This document shows, one piece after another, positions 1 to 8,822 of a stretch of DNA of 28,400 bases (within the stretch, counting starts at the first letter, position 1; each line of letters opens with the position of its first letter). The position numbers and the translations under genes were made by a program. The DNA comes from Flavobacteriaceae bacterium (GTDB taxonomy: Bacteria; Bacteroidota; Bacteroidia; Flavobacteriales; Flavobacteriaceae). The stretch is from the NCBI GenBank assembly GCA_014239895.1, contig JAAZXZ010000045.1, positions 1 to 28,400 on the forward strand. Reading direction: 5' to 3'. The notes under the pieces are model-generated. The model was given only the letters and a program-made list of their open reading frames with translations, did not search any database and had not been told where the DNA came from.

Positions 1-1
1 A

Positions 2-337
2 ATTTACATCAATAATAAAGAAACATCAGAATATACCTTCAAACAAAACTACTATTGGCTCATGGGAGACAATAGAGGAAATTCTCAAGATTCAAGGTCC
101 TGGGGATTTGTACCATTTGATCACGTTGTGGGTAAACCTGTCTTTAAATGGTTTAGCTGGGATTCAAATGCTAAAGGACTTAGTAAAATTAGATGGAATA
201 GATTGTTTACTTCAATTAGTGGGACTGGCGGGACTATTAATCTATTTTTTGGGTTCATTACAATTGTATTAATTTTTTGGCTACTAAGTATTGATTATAA
301 TAATTTTGAAGGATGGTGGAATAAATCTAAAAAATAA
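2..337 (+). CDS. lepB: Signal peptidase I, C-terminal part (5' end outside window)
   Basis: Frame is open from base 2 (IYINNKETSEYTFKQNYYWLMGDNRGNSQDSRSWGFVPFDHVVGKP). GDNR..S.DSR.WGFVP is SPase I box E, followed by a flavobacterial-type C-terminal TM tail. The ORF-track ATG at 62 is internal. Confidence 0.95.
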   Translation: MYINNKETSEYTFKQNYYWLMGDNRGNSQDSRSWGFVPFDHVVGKPVFKWFSWDSNAKGLSKIRWNRLFTSISGTGGTINLFFGFITIVLIFWLLSIDYNNFEGWWNKSKK

Positions 338-946
338 ATGGATTTAATAATTCACCCTAATTATTTGCCAAGTACCTCGCATTTCTTGTTGATGGTTAAT
401 TCAAAAAAATTAGTATTTGAAATTAATGACCATTATCTAAAACAAACATTCAGAAATAGGACATACATATATGGGGCTAATGGAAAACTACTACTGTCTA
501 TTCCCGTAATTCATTCGCAAAAAAATAGAAAATTTCTTAAAGATGTTAAAATTTCATATAATCAAGATTGGCTAAGTCAACACTGGAAATCACTTGAAAT
601 TTCATATAGAAGCTCGCCTTTTTTTGAATTTTTTGAAGACAAATTAATATGTCTCTATAACAAAAAAGAAAAATATTTAGTTGACTTTAATTTAAAATCT
701 ATAAATATTTTATTTGAAATGTTGCAAATTGATTTAGAATATGACTTTACAAATTCTTATGAAGAAAATTATTCTAGTATATCAGATTACAGAATAAACC
801 CTGAAAATTTTAATTCTAATGAAATTAAAATAGATAGATACACTCAAGTATTTCAATCAAAACATGGCTTTATAAATAATCTCTCTGTACTAGATTTGAT
901 TTTTAATGAAGGTCCTAATGCAATTAATTTCTTAAAAACTAATTAA
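338..946 (+). CDS. WbqC-like family protein
   Basis: HPNYLP, KQTFRNRTYI, L.LSIPV, W...HWKSLEISYRSSPFFEF and F..NLSVLDLIFNEGP match the WbqC family pattern. Start directly follows the lepB stop (TAAATG). Confidence 0.88.
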   Translation: MDLIIHPNYLPSTSHFLLMVNSKKLVFEINDHYLKQTFRNRTYIYGANGKLLLSIPVIHSQKNRKFLKDVKISYNQDWLSQHWKSLEISYRSSPFFEFFEDKLICLYNKKEKYLVDFNLKSINILFEMLQIDLEYDFTNSYEENYSSISDYRINPENFNSNEIKIDRYTQVFQSKHGFINNLSVLDLIFNEGPNAINFLKTN

Positions 947-1964
947 TACTAAACTCTGAAAAAATTGGAAAATGATCAGAGTAGGTAAATTTAAATGTCT
1001 TAAAATTATTTACTTTAAATGACTTATCAACCAAGATAAAATCTATCCTTAAAGGAATTGAATTAAAATTATATGTTTGACCTAAACCATTTCCTTTCTC
1101 AAAAAATGAATCTTTTAAATCAGATTTAATCAAATTATATACATATGAAAAAGCTGTATTATTGAAATCTCCTGATACCACCACTTTATATGGCGACCTA
1201 TTAATCTCCTGCATTACAATTTCTGCCTGATCCTGCTGAATTTTAAATGTATCACTAAAACTATTTATTAGCTCGCTTGAATCATCATTAATAGAAGATA
1301 TATCTATATCTGATCTTAACTTAAATGACTGTAAATGAATATTAAACAACCTTATTGTATCATAGCCTATTTTAATATCAGAAAATATTGCACTATTTGT
1401 AGATTTTCTAAACTTAATCTCCCCAGAATTAATTATTGGAAATTTAGAGAAAATTGCTTGTCCATACTTTGTCTTCTCACCACTTAGAGACATATATTTA
1501 AAAGGATGATCAATTAAATTAAAGTTCTCTACATTATTATATTCTTGAATGCTAACTATATCAGGATTCGTTTTAATTATAAAATCTGCTATACTGTCTT
1601 TTACCCCCGTTTTCTTTATCCAATTATATATATTAAACATTCTAACATTATAACTCATTATTGAAATTTTTTCTCCTCCAACATATTCTGAATTGTTTGA
1701 AAAATTTATAAATGATTTTACATAATTAAACCCTAATAATAATATAATAAAAGATAAAAGGAATTGTCTTTTTAGCTTAACAATCCAATAAACAACAAAT
1801 AACATATTAATAATAAATATTATTGGTAATAATAAACTTATCAGTGAAATACCTGATAAAATAGATGGTTTAATCTTGGGTATTAAATATGATAATAGTA
1901 GGATAAAAGCAGAAATTGAGTTAAGAATATATATAAATTTGTCAAAAAAATTTAATTTTTTCAT
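939..1964 (-). CDS. Membrane-anchored endonuclease/exonuclease/phosphatase (EEP) family protein
   Basis: Three N-terminal TM segments, then EEP motifs SYNV, IQEY, NIHLQS, GDFNN, RIDFI, SDHFPI. ATG at 1964 (MKKLNFF) is preferred over the GTG at 2006, which would overlap the upstream rhomboid. Confidence 0.88.
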   Translation of the reverse strand: MKKLNFFDKFIYILNSISAFILLLSYLIPKIKPSILSGISLISLLLPIIFIINMLFVVYWIVKLKRQFLLSFIILLLGFNYVKSFINFSNNSEYVGGEKISIMSYNVRMFNIYNWIKKTGVKDSIADFIIKTNPDIVSIQEYNNVENFNLIDHPFKYMSLSGEKTKYGQAIFSKFPIINSGEIKFRKSTNSAIFSDIKIGYDTIRLFNIHLQSFKLRSDIDISSINDDSSELINSFSDTFKIQQDQAEIVMQEINRSPYKVVVSGDFNNTAFSYVYNLIKSDLKDSFFEKGNGLGQTYNFNSIPLRIDFILVDKSFKVNNFKTFKFTYSDHFPIFSEFSIN

Positions 1965-1968
1965 AGGC

Positions 1969-2739
1969 TTATTTTTTGCCTGATTTAAACAAATATTCCT
2001 TTTCACTTTTACTTAAGCTATCATAGCCGCTTTTGCTTATCTTATCTAGTATTATATCGATTTTTTTTTGCCTAGAAAAATTAGCTGGAGATTCATTTTT
2101 CTTATTTCTTGGTTTACGACGTTTATAGAATCTTTTGAAATCTCCTATTCCATAGACTGAAGTATAATGATAAAAGCCTGCTAAATATCCTCCAAGGTGT
2201 GCAATAACGCCTCCATCAGGGGTGTTATTAGCAAACAGTCTTATAATGTCCATAAAAAAAAGAAGGAACATTATATATTTAAACTCAAACTTTATAAATG
2301 AAATTTTTATAAGATGATTAGGCATGTAACAAAGCATAAAAAATAATAATGCGTAGGTTCCTGCTGAAGATCCTATTAATGGCCCATTCCCATTATAAAA
2401 AAGTAGAAAAAATAATCCCCCAATAATTATCCCAGTAAAAAATATTCTAAGTGGAATTTTTTCACCATATAAATTTATGAGCTTTGAAGATGAATAATAA
2501 AACAAGATTAACATAAATATTAACTCATAAAAACCTTCATGAATAAAAGCATAGGTTATTATTGACCACGGATTATACAAATAATCACTAGTTAATGCGA
2601 AATATTGATTAATGTATGATAAGTTGAAGAGATCCAGAATTAAATAGGAAATATAAACAGCAATATTTAAAAAAATTATTTTTTCAAATGTATTTGAATT
2701 TCTAATTCTATATGATATATCAGAATATAAACTTTCCAT
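1969..2739 (-). CDS. Rhomboid family intramembrane serine protease with C-terminal soluble (DUF6576-like) tail
   Basis: PWSIITYAFIH, GxS motif LIGSSAG, AHLGG, and C-terminal IDIILDKISKSGYDSLSKSEKEYLF. The HxxxN motif is degenerate (see findings). Confidence 0.88.
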   Translation of the reverse strand: MESLYSDISYRIRNSNTFEKIIFLNIAVYISYLILDLFNLSYINQYFALTSDYLYNPWSIITYAFIHEGFYELIFMLILFYYSSSKLINLYGEKIPLRIFFTGIIIGGLFFLLFYNGNGPLIGSSAGTYALLFFMLCYMPNHLIKISFIKFEFKYIMFLLFFMDIIRLFANNTPDGGVIAHLGGYLAGFYHYTSVYGIGDFKRFYKRRKPRNKKNESPANFSRQKKIDIILDKISKSGYDSLSKSEKEYLFKSGKK

Positions 2740-3483
2740 TTAGTACCAACGATTACTGTTGAATTGATTTCTCTTCCAATAATACATTATTAAAAATCCT
2801 GTCAATGCTCCACCTAAATGTGCTACATAAGCTGTATTACTAGGGCTAAAAAAAGAAAAACCAGAAATTGCTGAAATTAAATCTAAAATAATAATTCCAG
2901 GAATAAAATATTTCGCTTTTATTGGGACTGGAAAGAAGATTAACATCAATTTGCTTTCCGGAAAAAACATTCCAAAAGCTACTAAAACTCCCATTATTGC
3001 TCCCGAAGCTCCAACCATTAGTGAATTAAAAGATGACATAAAACTTAATAAATTACCCTCTCCTAATACTCCAGACCATGCAGTGCTATATTTCCCTTGA
3101 TTTAAAATTTCAAATATTTGAGAAGGATCATATCCTGCATTAATTAATATTTCTAGATTAGAATAAAAATTGAAATACAAAAAAATTATTTGAATAATTG
3201 CAGCTCCAAGACCACATGATATATAAAAAAACAAAAATCTTTTAGATCCTAAAACTCCCTCAATTGCAACTCCAAACATCCATAAAGCAAGCATATTAAA
3301 TAAAATATGCGATAAACCACCATGCATAAACATATGCGATATTACTTGCCAAAAATGGAAAGACTCACTTTTAGGGAAATGCAAACCAAATAAAGAATAA
3401 GCTACATCTCCAGATAATGAGGCTCCTATAAACATGATAATGTTTATAATTAATAGCTGCTTTACTGTTTCAGTTAATCTCAT
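2740..3483 (-). CDS. Rhomboid family intramembrane serine protease
   Basis: WQVISHMFMHGGLSHILFNM, VGASGA (catalytic Ser) and AHLGG (catalytic His), with multiple TM segments. Confidence 0.93.
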   Translation of the reverse strand: MRLTETVKQLLIINIIMFIGASLSGDVAYSLFGLHFPKSESFHFWQVISHMFMHGGLSHILFNMLALWMFGVAIEGVLGSKRFLFFYISCGLGAAIIQIIFLYFNFYSNLEILINAGYDPSQIFEILNQGKYSTAWSGVLGEGNLLSFMSSFNSLMVGASGAIMGVLVAFGMFFPESKLMLIFFPVPIKAKYFIPGIIILDLISAISGFSFFSPSNTAYVAHLGGALTGFLIMYYWKRNQFNSNRWY

Positions 3484-3491
3484 CTTGTTTA

Positions 3492-5306
3492 TTAAAGGAA
3501 TTTCTTTTCAAGTTCTTCAAATGTAATTGTATAATATATATTTTTATTAAAAGGAGAGACAGCTGGCTCTTTACACGCAAATAGGCTATTTATTATAAAT
3601 TCTTGTTCATCTTTTAATAATTTTTTTCCATTTTTTATTGCTAGACTCTTTGACATTAATTTTGCAGTTAGATCAGACTGACTAAAATTTTTGTCTGAAA
3701 TATCATCCTTTATATTATCTAATAAATCTTGTATATATGATTCTACCCTTGTTGGATCTAAAAATGTAGGGATCGCCTCAAATAATAAATCACTACTTGA
3801 AATCTTTTTAAAAATAAAACCTGACAACTTTAATTGTTTTTTATAACTAACTAATATTTCAACCTCTTGAATTGCTAAGTTTATTTCTAATGGATGTAGT
3901 AATTTTTGCGGCTTAGATCCATCAATTGTTATAAACTTTAAAAATTTTTCATACAATATTCTTTGATGAGCTCTATTCTGATTTACAATTATAATACCTG
4001 ACTTAATTTTATTAACTAAATATTTATTATTTAATTGGTAAACTGAATTTGATTCAAAATTGCCATCATTACTAAAATCTAAAGTATTTACCTTGCTATC
4101 TTCTTCAATAGAATCTAAGGAATCATTATCAATTACTCTATTTTTATCCATCTCTAAATCTATATATATATTTTTAGAAAGTTTAATAGTATTATTATCA
4201 AAAGGATTGTAATTCTCATTAACATCAATACCAACCCCCCGAATTTCTTTTTTATTTCTATAAGAATAAGGCACTTCCATACTTTTATCATGACTAAAAT
4301 CTAAAATTGGAGCAATGTTAAATTGGCCTAGGCCATGTTTAATAGAAGATCTTAAAATTGCATAAATTGAATGCTCATCATCAAACTTAATCTCTGTTTT
4401 GGTTGGATGAATATTTATATCAATAGATTTTGGATCTACTTCCATAAATAAAAAATATGATGGATTATATTTTAAATCAATTAGTCCTTCAAATGCTGAA
4501 TTTACAGAATGATTGAGGTATGGACTCCTAATAAATCTATTATTAACAAAGAAAAATTGTTCACCTCTGGATTTTTTTGAATATTCAGGTTTAAATACAA
4601 ATCCATTAATTTTTAGAATATCAGTTTCTTCATTTACAGGAACCAATTTTTCATTTGATTTTGCTCCAAATATATTTACTATTCTCTTTCTTAGATTACT
4701 TTTTGGAAGATTAAATAATTCCGAGTCATTGTTATTAAAAATAAATTTAATTTCTGGGTGAGCTATAGAGGTCCTATGAAATTCATTAATTATGTGTTTT
4801 AATTCAACATTATCAGATTTTAAAAAATTTCTTCTTGCAGGAATATTATAAAATAAGTTCTTAACCATAATTGATGTCCCAATTTTAGAAACTGTAGATT
4901 TATTCTCTACTATCTTATTTCCTTGAATTTTAATGATTTTTCCAAGATCATTGTTAGATTGCCTTGTTATTAATTCAACATGTGATACTGCTGCAATACT
5001 AGCCAAGGCTTCACCTCTAAAGCCTTTAGATCGAATATTAAAAAGATCTTTTGCAGATTTTATTTTTGAAGTAGTATGCCTCTCAAAACATATAGATGCA
5101 TCACTTGAGCTCATGCCTATCCCATTATCAATTACCTGAATTAATATCTTACCAGAATTTTTGATAATCAGAGTAATTTCAGTGGATTTTGCATCAATAG
5201 AATTTTCTAACAATTCTTTTACAACAGATGCTGGTCTTTGAACAACCTCTCCCGCAGCAATTTGATTTGCAACATTATCCGGCAATAAATGAATTATATC
5301 TTTCAA
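3492..5306 (-). CDS. mutL: DNA mismatch repair protein MutL
   Basis: NQIAAGEVVQRPASVVKELLENSIDA, DNGIGM, RHTTSKI, GFRGEALASI and DINIHPTKTEIKF. TTG start. Confidence 0.98.
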   Translation of the reverse strand: MKDIIHLLPDNVANQIAAGEVVQRPASVVKELLENSIDAKSTEITLIIKNSGKILIQVIDNGIGMSSSDASICFERHTTSKIKSAKDLFNIRSKGFRGEALASIAAVSHVELITRQSNNDLGKIIKIQGNKIVENKSTVSKIGTSIMVKNLFYNIPARRNFLKSDNVELKHIINEFHRTSIAHPEIKFIFNNNDSELFNLPKSNLRKRIVNIFGAKSNEKLVPVNEETDILKINGFVFKPEYSKKSRGEQFFFVNNRFIRSPYLNHSVNSAFEGLIDLKYNPSYFLFMEVDPKSIDINIHPTKTEIKFDDEHSIYAILRSSIKHGLGQFNIAPILDFSHDKSMEVPYSYRNKKEIRGVGIDVNENYNPFDNNTIKLSKNIYIDLEMDKNRVIDNDSLDSIEEDSKVNTLDFSNDGNFESNSVYQLNNKYLVNKIKSGIIIVNQNRAHQRILYEKFLKFITIDGSKPQKLLHPLEINLAIQEVEILVSYKKQLKLSGFIFKKISSSDLLFEAIPTFLDPTRVESYIQDLLDNIKDDISDKNFSQSDLTAKLMSKSLAIKNGKKLLKDEQEFIINSLFACKEPAVSPFNKNIYYTITFEELEKKFL

Positions 5307-5320
5307 TAATTAATAAAATT

Positions 5321-5596
5321 TTAAATCAAGAAAAGCATTAAGAATAAAGCAATTAATACTAAAAAAATAATAATCAATCTTTTTCTTACTGAATTATCAG
5401 CCCCCTTCTTGTAATCTTCAACTGCATTTCTAAATTTTTTTCTAAAACTATTATTATCTCCAACAGTAGTTCTATATTGATCAAATTGTGATTTAATTTT
5501 TATAGGTTTTGCATGAGTTCCAACATAACTTTTCTCCTCTGTAAACCTTCCTGAATGATTATATCGTTTATTTTTCCTTAAATTAAATAGGCCCAT
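5321..5596 (-). CDS. Small conserved hypothetical protein, basic N-terminus and C-terminal TM helix
   Basis: ATG-initiated 91 aa ORF filling the ribH-mutL gap. It resembles the flavobacterial protein I recall at this position (LRKNK..., KFD.YR.TVG.N...K.KF..A), often mis-annotated as riboflavin synthase subunit beta. Confidence 0.75.
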   Translation of the reverse strand: MGLFNLRKNKRYNHSGRFTEEKSYVGTHAKPIKIKSQFDQYRTTVGDNNSFRKKFRNAVEDYKKGADNSVRKRLIIIFLVLIALFLMLFLI

Positions 5597-5677
5597 ACTA
5601 TAATTATGAATTTGAATAAATTTAATAAATATCTTATTAAAATCGAACTGTTAGATAATAGTATTTCAAAAGAGAAG

Positions 5678-6154
5678 CTATTTAATAGAAGCTATTTTAA
5701 TTGCAGCTACTGCAGACTCAATCCCTTTATTTCCATATTTACCCCCTGATCTACTAATAGATTGCTCGATATTATGATCAGTTAAAACACAAAATACTAT
5801 AGGGATATTATTAATTATGTTAAGCTGTGATATTCCATTTGAAACAGACTGACATATATAATTATAATGATCTGTTTCTCCTTTTATAATACAACCAATA
5901 GCTATTATAACATCTACATTTTTATTCTGCATTTTTTTGCAACCATAAACTAACTCAAAACTTCCTGGAACATCAATTTTTTTAATATTACTTTTCTTAG
6001 CTCCATATTTAAGCAAAGTTTTATAAGCCCCATCAAAAAGATTATCTGTAATATTATTATTCCAATTAGAGACTACTATGCCAAATTTCATCTTATTAAC
6101 TTCTGATATAGCATCAGATCCTAAGTCAAAATTATTATTTATATATGTAGCCAT
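5678..6154 (-). CDS. ribH: 6,7-dimethyl-8-ribityllumazine synthase
   Basis: KFGIVVSNWN..IT, VPGSFEL, AIGCIIKGETDHYNYIC, CVLT, GGKYGNKG.ESA.AAI. Confidence 0.97.
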   Translation of the reverse strand: MATYINNNFDLGSDAISEVNKMKFGIVVSNWNNNITDNLFDGAYKTLLKYGAKKSNIKKIDVPGSFELVYGCKKMQNKNVDVIIAIGCIIKGETDHYNYICQSVSNGISQLNIINNIPIVFCVLTDHNIEQSISRSGGKYGNKGIESAVAAIKIASIK

Positions 6155-6155
6155 T

Positions 6156-6920
6156 TTATTTTAATAAAGCTTTCGCTTTAGATATAAATACATCAATATT
6201 TTCAGCAGAAACGGTATTAGGAAAATCTGATTTAATTCTGGAGAAATAATTATAGGACTTTTTATTCTTATTTAATTCCATTGAAACATGTGCAGCTTTC
6301 AGCAAATACATTGCGGTAGTATAATCATTTGTATTTATATCAATTGCTTTTTCATAATAGTCAAGAGCATCTTCTAACTGATCAAGTTGTACAAAACAAT
6401 CACCAATAGATCCTTTTGCTAATGAAGATAATATCTGATCATCAGAATTAAATTGTGAAAGATATTTTATAGAATTCTTATAATCCTTTAATTTTAAATA
6501 AGATATTCCTGCATAGTAATTTGATAGATTGGAGGCATTAGTTCCAGAATATTTGTCTATAATCTCTAAAAATCCCATTTTCATGCCATTACCATTTATT
6601 GAAAGTCTGTATATAGAGTCATTATTTTCATCAAGAGCTTGTTCAAACAATCTCTGGGCTACAAACATGCTATCCATGGAATTAACTTCTTTAGGCTCCT
6701 TTATATATTTAAAATATCCGAAATAACCTAAAACTACTATTGCAATAAAACCTATAAGTCCAAATATATATTTCTGATTATCAGCTACCCATTTTTCAGT
6801 TTTAGATGCACCTTCATCTAGAGTGTTAAAAACATTTGCTGTAGCAGACTTTTGACCTATCTCCTCTATCTTATTAGAAAAAGGTTTCTTCTTAAATCCT
6901 CTTTTTTTATAAGTTGCCAT
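6156..6920 (-). CDS. Single-TM tetratricopeptide repeat protein (YfgM-like)
   Basis: Basic N-terminus MATYKKRG, one TM helix (YIFGLIGFIAIVVLGYFGYF), then TPR-like helices (NYYAGISYLKL, AKGSIGDCF..L...EDALDYYEKA). Confidence 0.8.
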   Translation of the reverse strand: MATYKKRGFKKKPFSNKIEEIGQKSATANVFNTLDEGASKTEKWVADNQKYIFGLIGFIAIVVLGYFGYFKYIKEPKEVNSMDSMFVAQRLFEQALDENNDSIYRLSINGNGMKMGFLEIIDKYSGTNASNLSNYYAGISYLKLKDYKNSIKYLSQFNSDDQILSSLAKGSIGDCFVQLDQLEDALDYYEKAIDINTNDYTTAMYLLKAAHVSMELNKNKKSYNYFSRIKSDFPNTVSAENIDVFISKAKALLK

Positions 6921-6985
6921 AAATTTTAAATATTCAAGCGGTAAAAATAAAATTTTTATTCGTAATAAAAGGATAAATTATTTGT

Positions 6986-6993
6986 TATTTTTG
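6986..6993 (+). promoter_or_regulatory. Putative Bacteroidota primary-sigma -7 element for recF operon
   Basis: TATTTTTG is an exact TAnnTTTG match, 55 nt upstream of the recF ATG. No clear -33 element. Confidence 0.45.
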
Positions 6994-7004
6994 AATGGAT
7001 AGGT

Positions 7005-7012
7005 CAAATATA
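7005..7012 (-). promoter_or_regulatory. Putative -7 element for TPR-ribH operon
   Basis: TATATTTG on the minus strand is an exact TAnnTTTG match. An alternative variant TATTTTTA lies at 6942-6949. Confidence 0.4.
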
Positions 7013-7048
7013 ACTACCATAAAATTTTATTGTTATTAATAAACTACT

Positions 7049-8125
7049 ATGTTATTAAAAACATTAACATTAATTAATTATAAAAACTTTGAAAACAAAT
7101 CATTTGATTTTGATTCAAAAGTCAACTGTTTCGTTGGGTTAAATGGAGTAGGAAAATCTAATATCCTTGATTCTATTTATCATTTATCCTATGGAAAAAG
7201 CTATTTTAATCCTATTCCGTCTCAGAATATAAGGCATGGAGAAGAATATTTTATGATTAATGGAATGTATTCAATTAATAAAAAGGAAGAGAATATCATA
7301 ATTTCATTAAAAAAAGGAGTAAAAAAAATAATAAAAAGGAACAATAAACTATATAGAAAATTTAGTGATCATATAGGCTTAATTCCATTAGTAATTATTT
7401 CTCCAACAGACAGGAACTTAATTATTGAAGGAAGTGACACCAGAAGAAAATTTATTGACAGCATAATATCACAAGTAAATAAGGATTATCTAAAGGACAT
7501 AATAACATATAACAAAATTCTAGCTCAAAGGAATTCACTATTAAAGTACTTTGCTAAAAACAACACATTTGAGTCAGAAACAATTGATGTTTATGACATT
7601 CAACTAAGTGATATGTCTAAAAGAATTTATAAATCAAGGAATAGTTTCATGAATGATTTTGTGCCTATTTTCAAAAATAGGTATAAAACAATATCAGAAA
7701 ACAATGAAGAAGTTGATATCGTTTATAAAAGCGATCTTCATGATAGCAACCTTATAGACTTATTGAAAAATTCTATTAAAAAGGATCTTATTTTGCAATA
7801 TACTTCTAAAGGAACACACAGAGATGATTTGGTGTTTTTAAAAAATGATTATTCAATAAAGAAATTTGGTAGTCAAGGGCAGCAAAAATCTTTCCTAATC
7901 TCCCTAAAACTAGCTCAATTTGATTTTCTTGAAAAGCAAAATAATAGTCCAATTTTATTACTAGATGACATCTTTGATAAATTAGATGACAATAGGGTAA
8001 AACAGATTGTAAACCTAGTAAATGAAGATAAATTTAAACAAATTTTTATATCAGATACCAACAAGAAAAGGACTGAAAATGCAATTAAAAGTGTAAATAA
8101 ATCATATAAAATATTTGAGCTTTGA
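7049..8125 (+). CDS. recF: DNA replication/repair protein RecF
   Basis: Walker [16 protein letters not shown], signature GSQGQQKS, Walker [13 protein letters not shown]. Confidence 0.97.
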   Translation: MLLKTLTLINYKNFENKSFDFDSKVNCFVGLNGVGKSNILDSIYHLSYGKSYFNPIPSQNIRHGEEYFMINGMYSINKKEENIIISLKKGVKKIIKRNNKLYRKFSDHIGLIPLVIISPTDRNLIIEGSDTRRKFIDSIISQVNKDYLKDIITYNKILAQRNSLLKYFAKNNTFESETIDVYDIQLSDMSKRIYKSRNSFMNDFVPIFKNRYKTISENNEEVDIVYKSDLHDSNLIDLLKNSIKKDLILQYTSKGTHRDDLVFLKNDYSIKKFGSQGQQKSFLISLKLAQFDFLEKQNNSPILLLDDIFDKLDDNRVKQIVNLVNEDKFKQIFISDTNKKRTENAIKSVNKSYKIFEL

Positions 8126-8544
8126 AAAAAATTAATTCATTTATAGTATTACTTATTATTTTATATTCTTGTTCAGTAGATAATAATATTGACATTTTAA
8201 ATGGATACTGGGAAATTCAATCTGTAAAGAAGGAAGGTCAACTTATAAAAAAATATCCCTTTAGTAATACAATTGATTATTTTTACGTAAAAGACCTAGA
8301 GGGTTATAGAAAAAAGGTAACTCCTCAGTCTAATGGAAGATTTATGATTACTCTTCATCAAGCTAATCTTAACATAACAAAAGAAAATGGAGAATTTACT
8401 TTAAGATATTTAAACAAGAATAAAACATACTTTGAAAAAATAAAGAAAATTGATTCACAACAACTAATTATTTTAGATAAAGAAGGTTATATTTATAAAT
8501 ACAATCGCTATATCCCCACAGAGATAAATAAAGATGGAGAATAA
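8122..8544 (+). CDS. Lipocalin-like family lipoprotein
   Basis: TTG start overlaps the recF stop. SPII signal with lipobox ILYS-C. The G.W motif (LNGYWEI) is typical of lipocalin-like folds. Confidence 0.7.
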   Translation: MKKINSFIVLLIILYSCSVDNNIDILNGYWEIQSVKKEGQLIKKYPFSNTIDYFYVKDLEGYRKKVTPQSNGRFMITLHQANLNITKENGEFTLRYLNKNKTYFEKIKKIDSQQLIILDKEGYIYKYNRYIPTEINKDGE

Positions 8545-8818
8545 CTTAAAAATTGACAGCTTAATTAAATTCTTTATTAAAGAAAATAATCTAGAAAATG
8601 GATTAGAAAATGTAAAGATAAAAGATCTGTGGCATGAAATAATGAAAAATGGTGTTGCAAATTATACTACAGATGTAAATCTAAAAAATGGAACACTATA
8701 TATTAAGTTAAAATCTTCCGTTCTAAGAGAAGAATTAAGTTATGGAAAAGAAAAAATTGTAAAACTTTTAAATGAAAAGTTAAAAAAGGATCTTATAAAA
8801 AAGATTGTATTAAGATAA
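8534..8818 (+). CDS. dciA: DUF721 / DciA family protein (replicative helicase loader-like)
   Basis: W..IM..GVANYT..V....GTLYIKLKSSVLREEL..GK.KI...LN...I.KIVLR is the DUF721 pattern. Position downstream of recF is the usual context. Confidence 0.82.
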   Translation: MENNLKIDSLIKFFIKENNLENGLENVKIKDLWHEIMKNGVANYTTDVNLKNGTLYIKLKSSVLREELSYGKEKIVKLLNEKLKKDLIKKIVLR

Positions 8819-8822
8819 ATTA

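Noticed and set aside
5673-5697. 11-nt direct repeat AGAAGCTATTT across the ribH stop
   Set aside because: Two short copies with no element between them. Not a credible target-site duplication or array.
6995-7039. 14-codon ORF upstream of and in frame with recF
   Set aside because: Its ATG lies 1 nt after the putative -7 element, before the likely start site, and it has no coding signal.
5597-7048. FMN riboswitch or other structured RNA near ribH
   Set aside because: The gaps are short and almost pure AT, with no RFN conserved motifs or GC stems.
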